Shown piece after piece: positions 13,109-25,841 of a stretch of 64,000 nt of DNA. The stretch's first letter is position 1. Each line of letters starts with the position of its first letter. The DNA lies in NCBI GenBank assembly GCA_977017645.1, contig OZ360229.1, positions 87,916,001 through 87,980,000 of the forward strand, in the 5' to 3' direction. The notes under the pieces were generated by a model. That model did not search any database. It saw only the letters and a list, made by a program, of their open reading frames with translations, and was not told the DNA's origin. The stretch comes from Torpedo marmorata. Taxonomy: Eukaryota. A program made the translations under genes and the position numbers.

Positions 13109-14199
13109 GGCATAAGTTGCCAGAATGTAAATAACAAGCTCCCCCATCAACAATGATCGGGCAATGTACAGGTAACTAACCAACCCCCCCCCCCCTTCAC
13201 CTCCCCCTCTCCACACATTAAGGCAATGTGAATAATGTATATTTTCCCTTAGGAATTCACAAATCACTACCCAAAAATTTGAGATATTGAATAAAATTCA
13301 CTCACAGAACTTAATAGAAAAAATTCAACTCACATTTTTGACGGATGTGTTGATGATGTGGCTTAGTGACTTGGAAAGTTTTGATACAGACCATTTATCT
13401 GGAATGCCTCCCCACCCCCATAACAGAGGGGTCAGCTGCACTGGATGAGTGTCTGACTCCTCTGACAATGCAGCATGCCCTCTGTGACATTCTGGAATTT
13501 CATTCTCAATCTACTGGCAAGTCTCTGGAATAGGACTTGGACCCTCAACCTTCTGATTCACACAGATTGTTTCTCATTAACCCAGAGACGTGGAATAATG
13601 CACTCAAGCTTCTTGCCTGTTGGCTCCACTTTGGAGTTGGTGTTGAAAAAACAAGCTGAATTTTTATACATTGTAAACACACCAGCCTACAAATTCCCCA
13701 GCTATTAAATATCTGTGCTGCAATCCTGGAAGATCACACTACTTTAATCAAACCGGCAAGCTTCACTTTTCTGGAGATAGTCTGAACACTTCTTTTAAAT
13801 GCTTATAATATGCTGGGGACATTTCAATTTACTTCACTATCACTCTTAACCTGATCAGGCTGTTAACCATTTGCCTGGAGAGGGGAAATATCAACTGCTG
13901 GTCCAGGAATATTTAAAATTTAATCCAGCTCCATGGTAATTGGGATAACTGTGGCCCCCAATAAAATTCCCATCACTTCCAAGTATGAAGCAAGGATAGG
14001 AGAAGCTAACAAACCCAATCTCTGCTCCAGCAACACCCCATAGTGATGGAGAACCAGAAGCAACAAGAGATGTGCATGATGGGGAGGATAGATAAAATTT
14101 CCCACCTCAACCGATCACCTCCTCAGAGTAATTTGCACCTAGCGCAAGGCCAGGTGAGAAATAAAGTTGAAAGGGAGAGTCCTCAGGAGGATTCCACTC

Positions 14200-15200
14200 C
14201 AGGACACACTATCCCAACTTGCAAACGCATTGCATTCCTTCAACGTCACTGCAGCCAGTTCCTGGAATGTTCTGCTCAAAAACACTGTGGGACCACCATT
14301 AGAAAAAGGCTGCAGCCTTTCGAGGTGGCAGGTCACCAGCACCTTCTGAGCTGATTGTTGACTTCAGAAAGGGAAAACCAGATGTGTACGATCCAGTGAT
14401 CATTGGGGGATCAGAGGCAGAGAGGGTGAGCAAATTTACAGTAAGTTCTTGAAAGTCACTATCTCAGAGGATCTTTCCTGAACAACACACAAATGGCATC
14501 GTGAAGAAAGCACATCAGCGCCTCTACTTCCTCGGGAGTTTTCGGAGGTTTGGTATGACATCGGAAACCCTGGCAAGTTTCTACAGATGGGTGGTGGAAA
14601 GTGTGCTGACCGGCTTCATCACGGTCTGGTATGGGGACACCAATACCCCTGAGCGTAAAGCCCTGCAAAAGGTAGTGGACACAGCCCAGGGCATCACAGG
14701 CAAAACCCTCCCCACTATTGAGTACATCTACAGGGAACGCTGCCGTCGGAGGGCAGCAGCAATCATCAAGGATACGCACCACCCACCACGCGCTCTGTTC
14801 TCGCTGCCAACATCAGGAAAGAGGTATAGGTGCCCGAAGACACTCACCACCAGGTTCAGGAACAACTGCTACCCCTCCACCATCAGACTCCTCATCAACA
14901 AACTCAATCAGGGACTTGTTTAAGGACTCTTACTTTTGCACTTTATTGATTTTTTTCTCTCTCTGTATTGCACAGTTTATTTACATTTCTTTATTTGTTT
15001 ACGTGTAAGTTGAGTCTGTTTTTTTTGCACTGCCAATAAGTGGTAATTCTGCCTTGCCCGCAGGAAAAAGAATCTCAGGGTTGTATGTGATATCATGTAC
15101 TCTGACAATAAATCTGAAATCGGAATCTGAAATCTTCTCGAAGATAATTAGGGAGAGGCAACAAATGCCCCGGTCAGGCCAGTGATGCTGACAACCCAAT
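14200..15200 (+). mobile_element. CR1-like tail interrupted by a Rex1/Babar copy
   Basis: Host tail ...caccagcaccttct | cttctcgaagataattaggga...; cttct occurs at both junctions. Confidence 0.55.
14349..15133 (+). mobile_element. Rex1/Babar LINE, 5'-truncated
   Basis: ELIVDFRK...KKAHQRLYFL...YPSTIRLL C-terminus, AATAAA and an (aatctga)n tail. Confidence 0.88.
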
Positions 15201-15759
15201 TAAAAAAATGTTGCTCCGTGGCTGCACAGATTTTTTGTTTTGTTAACCAATTCACATAGCCACATCACTGACTGCAAGTCAATGCATGTTAATGGGGAAT
15301 TATATATAACGCTGCAAGGAGAAACAGTATCAAATAAAAATGAATCTGTTAAAGTCATTGAATTAGCAATAAAGCAATTTGTCTTTTCTTTCTCAAAAAT
15401 ACTATTCTAGAAATGCTGTAGGCTTACCTTTCTGAATATACTCATTTTGTCAGTCTTAACTCAAGATTTATGGGTCTCGTGGACCCATTTAATTGTGGCA
15501 GGGAACATTTAAAACATTAGGTTGATGTTTGCAATCCTGTTATCAGAGACCAAACATGCTATTAACTGTTCAGTGAACTAAGGCCTACTTTGGCAAGCGA
15601 CTTCATCTAATTGGAGAAATCTTGCACAGACAAACAGCAGCACGAGTGAAGTAAGCTTGTCACAAAAGTCTGGTCGAGTTTTAAAAAGACAAATTAACCC
15701 TCAAATAACAGTTAGCAGCATCACTGCCTAATGCACAACCACCTTAATACATGGAACAA

Positions 15760-15890
15760 GTATAACACCAACATCTGCAGACACAGTGGTTGAAGTCAAA
15801 ACACAATGCGAGAGAAACTCAGCAGGTCAAACAGTGTACTTTATGTAGCAAAGATAAAGGTACAGAACCAACGTTTCGGGCTTGAGCCCT
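15760..15890 (-). mobile_element. Penelope-like terminal fragment with 12-bp TSD
   Basis: gagaaactcagcaggtc...aacgtttcgggcttgagccct, flanked by TACATGGAACAA at 15748-15759 and 15891-15902. Confidence 0.72.
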
Positions 15891-15902
15891 TACATGGAAC
15901 AA

Positions 15903-16550
15903 TCCAGCACAGGAACAGACTGTAGCTCTTGATGTCTGTCCCCAACTAGCTGCTAAAGTAAACCAAATCTCTTCTGCCTGCACACAATCCATATCCCTCC
16001 ATTCCCTGTATATTCATGAGTCTATCTAAAAGTCTTTTAAATGCTACCATCACTACTCATGGCACCCCATTAAAAGCCCCCACCACTCTATATAATTGCC
16101 ACGCACATCACCTTTAAACTTTCACATCCTCCCACTTCAAATGCACTTGCCATTCTTATCCTGGGAAAAACATTCTGTCCACCTCACCTATGCCTCTCAT
16201 ATAAATCTCCCGGAGGACTCCAAATCACACTGCTTGGAAACAGGCCCTTCAGCCAGAGTCTGCAACAATCAAGAACCCATTTATACTAATGCCAATTAAT
16301 TCTGCCCAGATTCCCATCAACTTCCTCCAGATTCCACCTGTCACGCACCAAGGTGAGCTTTCAGTGACCAATTAACCTACCAGCCTGCATGCCTTTTGGG
16401 ATGAGGGGGGAAACTGGAGCACCCAGAGCAGACCCACGCAGTCACGGAGAATGTGTAAACTCTGCAGTCAGCAGCAGAGGTCAGGATCTAAACTGGCTCG
16501 GTCGAACAGTATGGCGGCAGCTCTTCTTGCTGTGCCTCCGTGCTACTCTT
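15903..16550 (-). mobile_element. tRNA-SINE followed directly by a CR1 3' fragment (composite)
   Basis: SINE body at about 16230-16550 (gagcacccagagcagacccacgcagtcacggagaatg) abuts a CR1 tail at about 15903-16210 in the same orientation. Confidence 0.7.
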
Positions 16551-16898
16551 GCACGAACCAGTTTGGAGAATTTCAGTAAGCTACCAAAAAACTAGGGAAG
16601 TGGATGGAAAGAAGAATGCTCCAGGTCGTAATGTGCACTCGTCAATAAATGGGCATCAAGAAGTGAGAATCTAGCTGAACAAAAAGGAGAAGTGAAACAA
16701 ATATTCAACTGACGAGGTCAGAGGGGGAAGACTATAAACTAAATAGTCAGGAGTTCCATTTCCCTATATTCTGTGCAATAAATAAAATTAGACCAGAGCT
16801 CAATTCCCACCCAAAATTTAAACAACTTAACTCACAGCTGAGAACCACTTCAGATCAGATTCTATTTATTTTCATGTAATAAAACAGAAATGTAATAT

Positions 16899-17226
16899 TG
16901 TAGCGGCCCGCAGGCCGATCGGCGACCCGCGACACAAGATGGCGACCGAACGCAGCGATCGCAACAAGGCCACGAACTAAATGGCCTTCCTACAGGGGAT
17001 CCAGCTCCGACTGTAAAACCAGCGACCGGCACATGACGTCATTCCCCTGGCGGGAAAACCAACCAATCAGCGGTCGGCCCATGATGTCATCTCGGCTGGA
17101 AGAGGCGGGTCTCACCCGGGAGCTGGCCCGATATAAGCAGAGCCAGAACCTCAATAAAGTCAGTCCTGTTTGAGCTAACCTGAAGTGCAGTGGTGTTCTT
17201 TCCGACGCGGCAGCCGCAGCGCTACA
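16899..17226 (+). repeat. 5' LTR (328 bp)
   Basis: TGTAGCG...CGCTACA with CCAAT, TATAA and AATAAA; homologous to 20950-21257. Confidence 0.97.
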
Positions 17227-17227
17227 G

Positions 17228-17241
17228 TGGTGACCCTGATG
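17228..17241 (+). promoter_or_regulatory. Primer-binding site (tRNA-Trp)
   Basis: TGGTGACCCTGATG matches the tRNA-Trp PBS TGGTGACCCCGACG apart from two CpG-type C>T changes. Confidence 0.85.
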
Positions 17242-17272
17242 GGTCTGAACGGCATTTTTGGACCTGAAGACG

Positions 17273-20200
17273 ATGGACCAGGCTACCATCCACGCAGTCG
17301 CTCTGAAGCATCCGACCTTTAGGACGACACAGCCACAGGTCTGGTCTGAGCAAGCCGAGGCTCAGTTTGAGATTCGCCAGATCTCCTCCGACGCCACACA
17401 CTACCACTACGTGGTCAGCTCGCTAGTTCAGGACACAGCGGCCAGAATCGTCAATTTCCTCCGGCACCCACCAGGGCAAGAGAAGTATGAGGCCATTAAA
17501 GAGCTACTAACCCGCACCTTCAGGCTCTCGAAGCGTGAGCGCGCGGCCCGATTGTTGCACAGATTGGGGGACAGGGCCCCATCCATCCTCATGGGCGAGA
17601 TGTTAGTGCTCGCTGACGGCCATACACCTTGCCTGCTCTTCGAGCAGATCTTCTTAGACCTGTTGCCAGAGAATATCCAATTGCTGCTGGCAGACGACGA
17701 CTTCAGCGACCCCAGGAAGGCGGCAGCCCAGGCAGACGTGCTCTGGAAGTCGAAGAGGCACTCCGACGTCGTGGTGGAGCACGTCGCCCAGCCCCACGTA
17801 TAGCAAGCGACAAGGCCGCCGGCCACACGCGACAGGCACACGGATCCCGCGGGTGAGCAGTGCTGTTTCTACCACCAGCGATGGGGTGCGGAGCCCGCCG
17901 ATGCCGCCAACCCTGCACTTTCCCGGGAAACGCCATGGCCGGCCGTCGTTAATAGCTGAGGCAGTTGGCCAACAAGACAGCCTGCTCCACGTGTGGGATT
18001 CCCTGTCTGGACGGCGGTTCTTGGTCGACACCGGAGCCGAAGACAGCGTCCTGCCCCCCTCGGCACATGACATCCACAACAAACGGCCGGGGCCATCTTT
18101 GAGAGCAGCAAACTGTTCCACAATAAAGACGTTCGGCACGCGTACCGTGCCGCTTCGTTTCAGCAACAGCCGGTTCACATGGTCTTTTACACTCGCCGCA
18201 GTGGAACGACCACTCCTGGGGGCTGATTTCCTCAGGGCTCATTGCTTGTTGGTAGATCTCAAGGGGCAAAGGCTGGTCCACGCCAAAACCTTCCAGTCCT
18301 TCACCCTGGGGAAAGCCGGGTTACCCGCCCCCCCACCTCCATTCCGTCACTGCCGACCGCTATGAATTCTCGCGGAATTCCCATCCATCGCGGTACCGCA
18401 GTTCACCTCCGCCGAGCCCAAACATGGGGTTAAGCACCACATCCTCACGGCGGGCCCTCCCCTCCACGCCAGGGCACGTCGCCTTCCTCCTGATAAACTA
18501 AGCTTAGCCAAAAAAAGAGTTCCTAAAGATGGAGGAGCTGGGGATCGTGCGCAGGTCCGACAGCCCCTGGGCATCCCCCCACACATGGTGCCGAAGACGG
18601 CAGGAGGGTGGAGACTACCGGCGCTTGAACGAGGCAACCACGCCAGACCGATACCCCGTGCCCCATATACAGGACTTCACTGCAAACTTACAGGGGCACG
18701 GGTCTTCTCCAAGGTTGACCTCATCAGAGGCTACCACCAGATACCGGTCAACCCTGAGGACAGAGGTAAAACCACCTTCATAACCCCCTTTAGTTTGTTT
18801 GAGTTCCTGAGAATGCCCTTCGGCCTAAAGAACGCTGCTCAAACATTCCAGAGGATGATGGACAGGGTGGGCTGGGACCTCGATTTCATTTTCATCTACC
18901 TCGATGACATACTGGTGGCCAGCCGCAACCACAAAGAACATGCGACGCACATACGGCAGCTGTGCTCCCGCCTGAGATTTTGGCCTGACCATCAAACTGG
19001 CCAAATGCCAGTTCGGGCTAGAGACTATCGACTTCCTGGGCCACAGAATAAATAAACACGGGGCGACCCCGCTACGAGAAGGTAGAGGCTGTCAGGCGCT
19101 TCACCAAGCCATACACAGTGATGGGCCTCCAGGAGTTTGGCGGTATGATCAACTTTTACCACCATTTCATACCGGTAGCAACCCACATCATGCGCCCGTT
19201 ATTCGCCGTGATGGCTGGCAAAAAGAAAGAGGTGGAGTGGGACAAGGAGGCTTCGGAAGTGTTCCAGAAGGTCAAGGATGCCCTGGCCAACGCTACACTT
19301 CTGGTACACCCACGAACAGACGCCCCGACCACCCTCACAACAGACGCCTCCAACACAGCGGTCGCAGGGGTGCTGGAGCAGCTAGTAAACGGACAATGGC
19401 AGCACTTAGCTCTTTTCAGAAGGCATCTGCGGGCACCCAAGCTCAAGTACAGTGCTTTGAACCGCGAACTGCTAGCCCTGTACCTGGCAGTACGACACTT
19501 CTGATACTTTCTAGAGGGCAGACAATTTATGATCTTCACCGATCACAAACCGCTGACTTTCGCTTTCAACAAAGTATCAGACCCATGGTCGGCCAGACAA
19601 CAAAGGCACCTATCCTACATATCCGAGTTTACCACAGATATCCAGCATATCGACGGAAAGGCTCACGTGGTGGCTGACGCTTTATCACGCCCTACAATCC
19701 AGGTGATACAGACATTGTCCCAAGGGGTCGATTTCACAGTATTGGCCCGAGCACAGCTGCAAGACCCTGAGATTCCCACTTACAGAACGGCGGTAACAGG
19801 TCTAACACTGAAGGACATCGCAATCGGGCCCGGCAACCAGACGCTACTCTGCGACGTGTCAACGGGGAAACCCCGCCCCATCGTCCCCACGGCATGGAGA
19901 CGTCCAGTGTTCGACACGGTGCATAACCTGGTGCACCCATCCATCAGAACCACGGTCAAGATGGTAGCCAACAGGTCCATGTGGCACGGTCTCCGAAAAG
20001 TCAGCCAGTGGGCAAAGACCTGCACACACTGCCAGACGTCTAAAGTACAGACGCATGTCAAGGCGCCCCCACCCCCAAGCATTTGAGCCAGCATGGTGGA
20101 GATTCAGCCATGTCCACATCGACATCATGGGCTAGCTGCCAGTATCAAGAGGGGCATGGTACCTATTGACTATGGTAGACGGGCGTACGAGGTGGCCGGA

Positions 20201-20900
20201 AGCAGTTCCACTGGCAGAGACCTCAACAGGGACGTGCCAGAGCCTTCATCGACACATGGGTGGCTCGATTCGGTGTCCCGGAACACCAGACGTCTGACAG
20301 AGGTGCGCAGTTCACTTCTGGACTTTGGGCAGCCATGGCCAACCTATTGGGAACCCAGCTCCACCACACCACAGCTTACCACCCACAGGCCAACGGGTTG
20401 GTGGAGCGGTTCAACCATCACCTGAGGTCAGCACTGATGGCCTGCCTCAAAGGTCCACACTGGACCAACGAACTACCGTGGGTACTACTGGGAATCCGGA
20501 CTGCGCCCAAAGAAGACCTCGACGCCTCGGCAGCAGAATTGGTGTACAGCACCTAGTTATCCCTGGAGAGCTCCTGGCCACCCCCAAAGGCACAGACGAT
20601 ACACCGGCAGCAACCCTCGAAAGGCTCCGAGAGCGACTGGGGACACTGGCCCCATCACAGCCCACACCGCACGGCCATCCAAAGACATGCCCAGGGGCTT
20701 ACTCGACTGCAGGTTCATTTTCGTGCGACGAGGAGCACATTGTCCACCGCTGCAACGTCCTTACGAGGGGCCCTACAGGGTGATATGGCACAACGGGTCC
20801 ACACGTGCTGGACATTGGAGGCAAGGCAGAGACATTCACTTTAGTCCGCCTTTAGCCAGCACACATCGACACCAGCCCCACGGCGCAGAGGCAGGCCACC
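17273..20900 (+). pseudogene. Gypsy gag-pol with stops and frameshifts
   Basis: Gag with a CHCC-type knuckle (CFYHQRWG...C...C across a frameshift), protease FLVDTGA, RT MPFGLKNA/YLDD, RNase H TDAS/TDHKPL, integrase HHCC, SDRGAQF, NGLVER and GPY motif. Confidence 0.95.
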
Positions 20901-20935
20901 GAAAGCACGGGTCGCTGCCACGATCGGCGGTTCTT

Positions 20936-20947
20936 GGGGGGGGGAGA
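20936..20947 (+). promoter_or_regulatory. Polypurine tract
   Basis: GGGGGGGGGAGA just upstream of the 3' LTR. Confidence 0.85.
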
Positions 20948-20949
20948 CG

Positions 20950-21257
20950 TGTAGCGGCCCGCAGGCCGATCGGCGACCCGCGACGCAACAAGGCCACGAA
21001 CTAAATAGCCATCCTACAGGGGATCCAGCTCCGACGGGAAAACTAGCCAACCAGCGACCGGCACATGATGTCATTCCCCTGGCGGGAAAACCGACCAAGC
21101 AGCAGTCAGCCCGTGACGTCATCTCGGCCGGAAGAGGCGGGTCTCACCTGGGAGCTGCCCCTATATAAGCAGAGCCAGAACCTCAATAAAGCAGTCCTGT
21201 TTGAGCTAACCTGAAGTGCAGTGGTGTTCTTTCCGACGCAGCATCCGCAGCGCTACA
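20950..21257 (+). repeat. 3' LTR (308 bp)
   Basis: Relative to the 5' LTR: a 27-bp deletion, an 8-bp insertion and about 17 substitutions (hand count). Confidence 0.97.
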
Positions 21258-21660
21258 ATATTACACAAAATTGCCTTTAGTCTGCCAGAAGGCAGACAAA
21301 GATTTGTCATTAGCATTGCCCGGCACCCCACAAGGCAGACATAGATTCTCCATTAGCATATGCATTGCTCGGCACTCCTAACAGACAGAGAAAGAGAAGC
21401 AAAAGAGAGTCTCCCCCAGAGTCACCGAGTGTCCGTGGATTCATTGAGCACTCTCGCAGCCTCTGCAGCCGTTCAAGATCCCAGTTTAGTTCAAACCTTC
21501 GGCAACATGAGCCCAGATTAAAAGCTCCAACACGATGAGGAAGCCTTCAGCGCCCAGGGCCCTTCGGGAGCCCTCCTTGCCCTCAGCATCCTCTCGAATC
21601 CCAGTTCCGATACCTGGTTCTCATGAGTCAGTCTCCAGCAGCCCACAGCCAGAACAAGTC
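21258..21660 (-). mobile_element. Non-coding retroposon with Rex-like tail, host of the Gypsy insertion (tail at about 16851-16898)
   Basis: The rejoined sequence matches the reverse complement of 38320-38600 and also matches about 22020-22132. Confidence 0.75.
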
Positions 21661-22132
21661 CTTTGACACTTGCACGATGATTATAAAAAGAGTGTACCCA
21701 GAGAAATAAGTCAGCCCCAGTCAAGGGAGAGAAAAAAAAAACTGGCAATCAAAACTGTTTAGTAGTAGGGATCCATTTTGAATAAGGCCACAAGTGGTGA
21801 CAAGATTATAACCAGCCAGAATGGAGGTGACTGGTTAATTATTTCGTCAATCAAACTTGGTAAGCAACTGAGATTGATTTGATGCACACACTTGTGGAAC
21901 AATCTTCCATTTACTATTTTTTTTCTGGAAGAAATGGTCCTGTTTTTGCTGAGACATTGTAGTTTGTATTCTCTGCTCTATGCGACTTACTAAGCAAATT
22001 TTCTTTTCATTGCCTGGCATCCATTAGAGAAAGAGAAGCAAAAGAGAATTCCCCAGTCACCGAATGTCCGTGGATTCGCCTCCAGCGCTCCCGCACAAGT
22101 CTCCAGTTCAGTTTAAACCACAGGCACTCGGC

Positions 22133-22497
22133 GACTCTGGCGGAAGAGCCTGTTTCCAAGCAGTGTGACTGTAACTTAGAATCTTCCAGGGGATGTATAT
22201 GAGAGGCATAGATGGTCAGAATGTTTTTCCCAGGATAAAAATGGCAAGTGCATTTGGAGTGAGAGGATGAAAGTTTAAAGGTGATGTGCTGGACAATTAT
22301 TACATACAAAGTGGCAGGGGCTATTTATGGGCTGCCACAAGTAGTGGTGGAAGCAGATATGATGGACACTTTTAAAAGGCTTTCAGATAGACATAATATA
22401 CAGGGAATGGAGGGATATGGATCGTGAGCAGGCAGAAGAGATTTGGCATCGTGTTGGGCACAGACATCAAGGGCTGCAGAGTTTTCCTTGACTGGTT
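22133..22497 (+). mobile_element. SINE-tail + CR1 composite, inverted homologue of 15903-16260
   Basis: Shares the junction tcacactgcttggaaacaggc...ccagagtc and the same CR1 truncation point. Confidence 0.75.
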
Positions 22498-23140
22498 CAG
22501 AAAATTCAACAGCAGAAAGCAGGGTGTTCTCAAGACCACTGGATGACTGGAACAGAGACAGGAGGTGCATGATCCTGTATCGGCCCAATTTACAGCAAGG
22601 AGACAGACCAGAGCTGTGGAATTTCCCTTCCCCCAGCCGACTAATTATAGTACCCCAACTGGCCAAGATCAACACAGGCAGAGGGGAACTCATTGTGACA
22701 CAATCTTCATCTGAAAAGCACTAACATGCACTTGGGACAGCCTCTAGAGAGGCATTCTGAGACATTTCAAAACTGCACACTATCAACAGTTAATCAACAG
22801 GGGGCTGGAGAAAGATGTACAACTGCTTCACATCAATACAGTACACTAAACTTAAGGTGCAAGAAAATTTCTAGTTGAGCTCCTTATTTTCCTTTGTATT
22901 GCAAGACATCCACCTTCAGATCTCATCAAAACAAAGTACAAAGGATGTTTACTTAAGACTTAAGAGTTCCAGGCAGTAAAGCTTTTCTCAAGGGAACCAA
23001 TTCTCCATCAGCCCAAGCAGTCTACCAACCATCTGTTCCCATTGGCACTACAAAACAAACAGAACGGAATCCTGTTGGAATATATTAATTTTTTGGAATT
23101 TGCAGCTTCAACTCCCTCTTCTGCTAAACCACCCACTCAC

Positions 23141-23191
23141 AAGTAGCTCCACCAGAGGCTTATGCTTGGCCATCTGCAGTCTCCTCATCAG
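23141..23191 (-). CDS. Candidate 51-nt cassette exon with upstream YCAY cluster
   Basis: Minus: ...gtgttcattcaacctgcag|CTGATG...CTACTT|gtgagtg. Frame 0 reads LMRRLQMAKHKPLVELL, and about 100 nt upstream is AG-free, pyrimidine-rich and rich in TCAT/YCAC. Confidence 0.6.
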
Positions 23192-23994
23192 CTGCAGGTT
23201 GAATGAACACAAAAACGTGTGAACGAATAGAGTAGGTGGATGAATGAAAGCACAAAAGAAATGAATGAACAAAATGATTAAGCAATATTCTCGCAATTAA
23301 CTGCACCCACACTGAACCTGCAACTCTTACTTGCATTGCAATATTTCTGTTCAGGCCTCAGCTCTCAGACTTCTCACGGTTCTTTAAGAATCTAATATTA
23401 GGTCCCACCAACGATACAACCTGCATCAATGGCAAATCAGGCAGCAATGCCTCCGTCATCAGTTTGCTGCAAGTTTACCCAAGACATTTCAGAAAGATAT
23501 AATCAGGCATATATCTTCCCTACAACCAACACCCAGTTGGAACGTGCAGAGAAAAATAACTGTTTAATTTGGCTGTTTGGTAAACGTTGGTGGGGGAAGG
23601 GAGGAACAAAACACATCAAAAGAAAACCTTCGGTCGCAAGAATGTTTGTTTCTCCACCACCCCTCCCTCACTCCCAATGACCCAGTTGGCTGTGCCCAGG
23701 AACAACTATCATTATTGTTCTACTCTCCCCAATTACAGCAGAGGTTGCATGCTCCGAGTGAAAATACCCAGAGATTTGGAATTCAACCCGTGTTGGCACC
23801 AGGGAGCTGATGGCTCATTCGATTATTTCAACCTGCATTTAAGCAGGTGATCCAAGAGAGATTTCTAGTCGCGCATCCCTCAGCTCATTGCTTCTCAATC
23901 GTGTGCTAAACACCCCTGAACGTTCTGCTGTTCTGGGTTGTTTCAGCCAGGGGAATTGGGGAGGGGGTGGATGATGCAATTTTTCAGTTGTACA

Positions 23995-24915
23995 CCCAAG
24001 GATGCGTGCTTAGTCCACTGCTCTACTCATTATACACCCATGACTGTGTGGCCAGGCACAATTCCAATGCCATCTACAAGTTTGCCGATGACACCACAGT
24101 TGTCGGCAGAATCACAAACGGCAAAGAGGAAGCGTACAGGAGGGAGATAGATCAGCTCATTGAATGGTGTAACGACAACAACCTTGAGCTCAACGTCAGC
24201 AAAACCAAGGAGATGATTGTGGACTTCAGGAGGAAGTCAGGAAAACACGACCCAGTCCTCATCGAGGGCTTAGTTGTGGAGAGGGTCAAGAACTTCAAAT
24301 TCCTGGGTGTCAACATCTCCGAGGATCTGTCCTGGAGCCTCCACGTTGATGCAATCACAAAGGCGGCTCGTCAGCGGCTATACTTTGTGAGGTGTCTGAG
24401 GAGATTCGGTATGTCACCGAATACTCTCGTAAACTTCTACAGGTGTACCGTGGAGAGCATCCTGGCAGGTTGCATCACTGCCTGGTATAGAGGCGCCAAC
24501 TCTCAGGACAAGAGTAAACTCCAGAGGGTTGTTAACTCGGCCTGTGACCTCACAGGCACCAAACTTCACTCCATCGAGGACATCTACACGAGGCGGTGTC
24601 TTAAAAAAGCAGCCTCTGTCCTCAAAGACCCCCACCACCCAGACTATGCCCTCTTCGCTCTGCTTCCATCGGGGAAAAAGGTACAGGAGCCTAAAGACGA
24701 GCACTCAACGGCACAAGGACAGCTTCTTCCCCGCTGCCATCAGATTCCTGAATAATCAATGAACCAAAGACACTGCCTTACTTTTCATGCACTATTACTT
24801 ATAAATTTTTTTAGAGTAATGTCGTAAGATGGTTATAATATGAATGTTAATTGCACTATGATGCTGCCGCAAAACACCGAATTTCATGCCTTGTTCATGA
24901 CAATAGATTCTGATT
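23995..24915 (+). mobile_element. Rex1/Babar LINE RT fragment, 5'-truncated
   Basis: [30 protein letters not shown]; tail ending gattctgat; possible TACAC TSD. Confidence 0.92.
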
Positions 24916-24929
24916 ACACTGCTTTTACA

Positions 24930-25604
24930 TCATTCTCATCAGTCTCCTCCAATGACAGCATAGCCTTCCTTAGATGTGGGGCCCAAAACTGCTCGTAATA
25001 CTCCAAATGCTGTTTAACCAATGTCCTATAAAGCCTCACCATTACATCTTTGCTTTTATATTCTTGTCCTCAAAATAAATGCCAACATAGCATTTGCCTT
25101 CCTTACTACTGACTGAAAGTTAACCATTAGGGAATCCTGCACTAGGACTTCCAAGTCCCTTTGAACGTTTGCTTTCTGAATTCTCTCCCAATTTAGAAAA
25201 CAGTCGTCTACTTTATTCCTTCTACCAAAGTGTATTCCATCTGCCACTTTGTCCTTTCTCCCAACCAATTCAAGACCTTCTGCAGACTCTCTGCTTCCTC
25301 AACACTATCCTCCCCTCCACCCATCTCTTCACATCATCCACAAACATGGCCACAAAGCCATCAATTGCATCTCATTACGTACAGAGTGAAAAGTAACAGA
25401 CCCAACAACAAGCCCTGTGGAACACCACTAGTCACTGGCAGCCAGCCAGAAAAGGCCCCTTTTATTCTCTCTCTAGCTTCTACTAGTCAGCCAATCTTCT
25501 ATCCATGCTAGTACCTTGCCCGTAATACCATAGGCTCCTATCTTGCTTTGCAGCCTCATGTGCTGCACTTTGCAAAGGCCTTCTGAAAATCCACAACAGC
25601 CACT
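24930..25604 (-). mobile_element. CR1 LINE internal fragment
   Basis: Minus-strand remnants of DFQKAF, GVPQG, QRDL.VLV and KANAMLAFI. Confidence 0.85.
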
Positions 25605-25841
25605 AGCCCCTTTCACACTGCCAAGTACATGTGGGTTGAACCGGCCAAATTAGCGGGTCCGCAGCGGGTAATCTGGCGGTGTGAAAGGTTCCAACCGGGC
25701 AGGGCGAGTAAAAATCAACCAGGCTCTGACTCTTGGTGGGGGCAAGTGTCAGATCCCAGCCAGGTTAACGCGTTAATCACTCTGTGGCGGTGTGAATGGT
25801 CTACTCGAATTACCGGGTACCGTTAGAGCTTGCGTCAGTCG

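Larger units (their letters stand above)
16899..21257 (+). mobile_element. Full-length Ty3/Gypsy LTR retrotransposon, CsRn1-like, decayed
   Basis: Paired TG...CA LTRs, ATAT TSD (16895-98, 21258-61), tRNA-Trp PBS, PPT and gag-PR-RT-RH-IN domain order. Confidence 0.97.

Noticed and set aside
17222-21122. Many overlapping and antisense ORFs in the Gypsy element
   Set aside because: Expected shadow ORFs of GC-rich gag-pol sequence, with no independent motifs.
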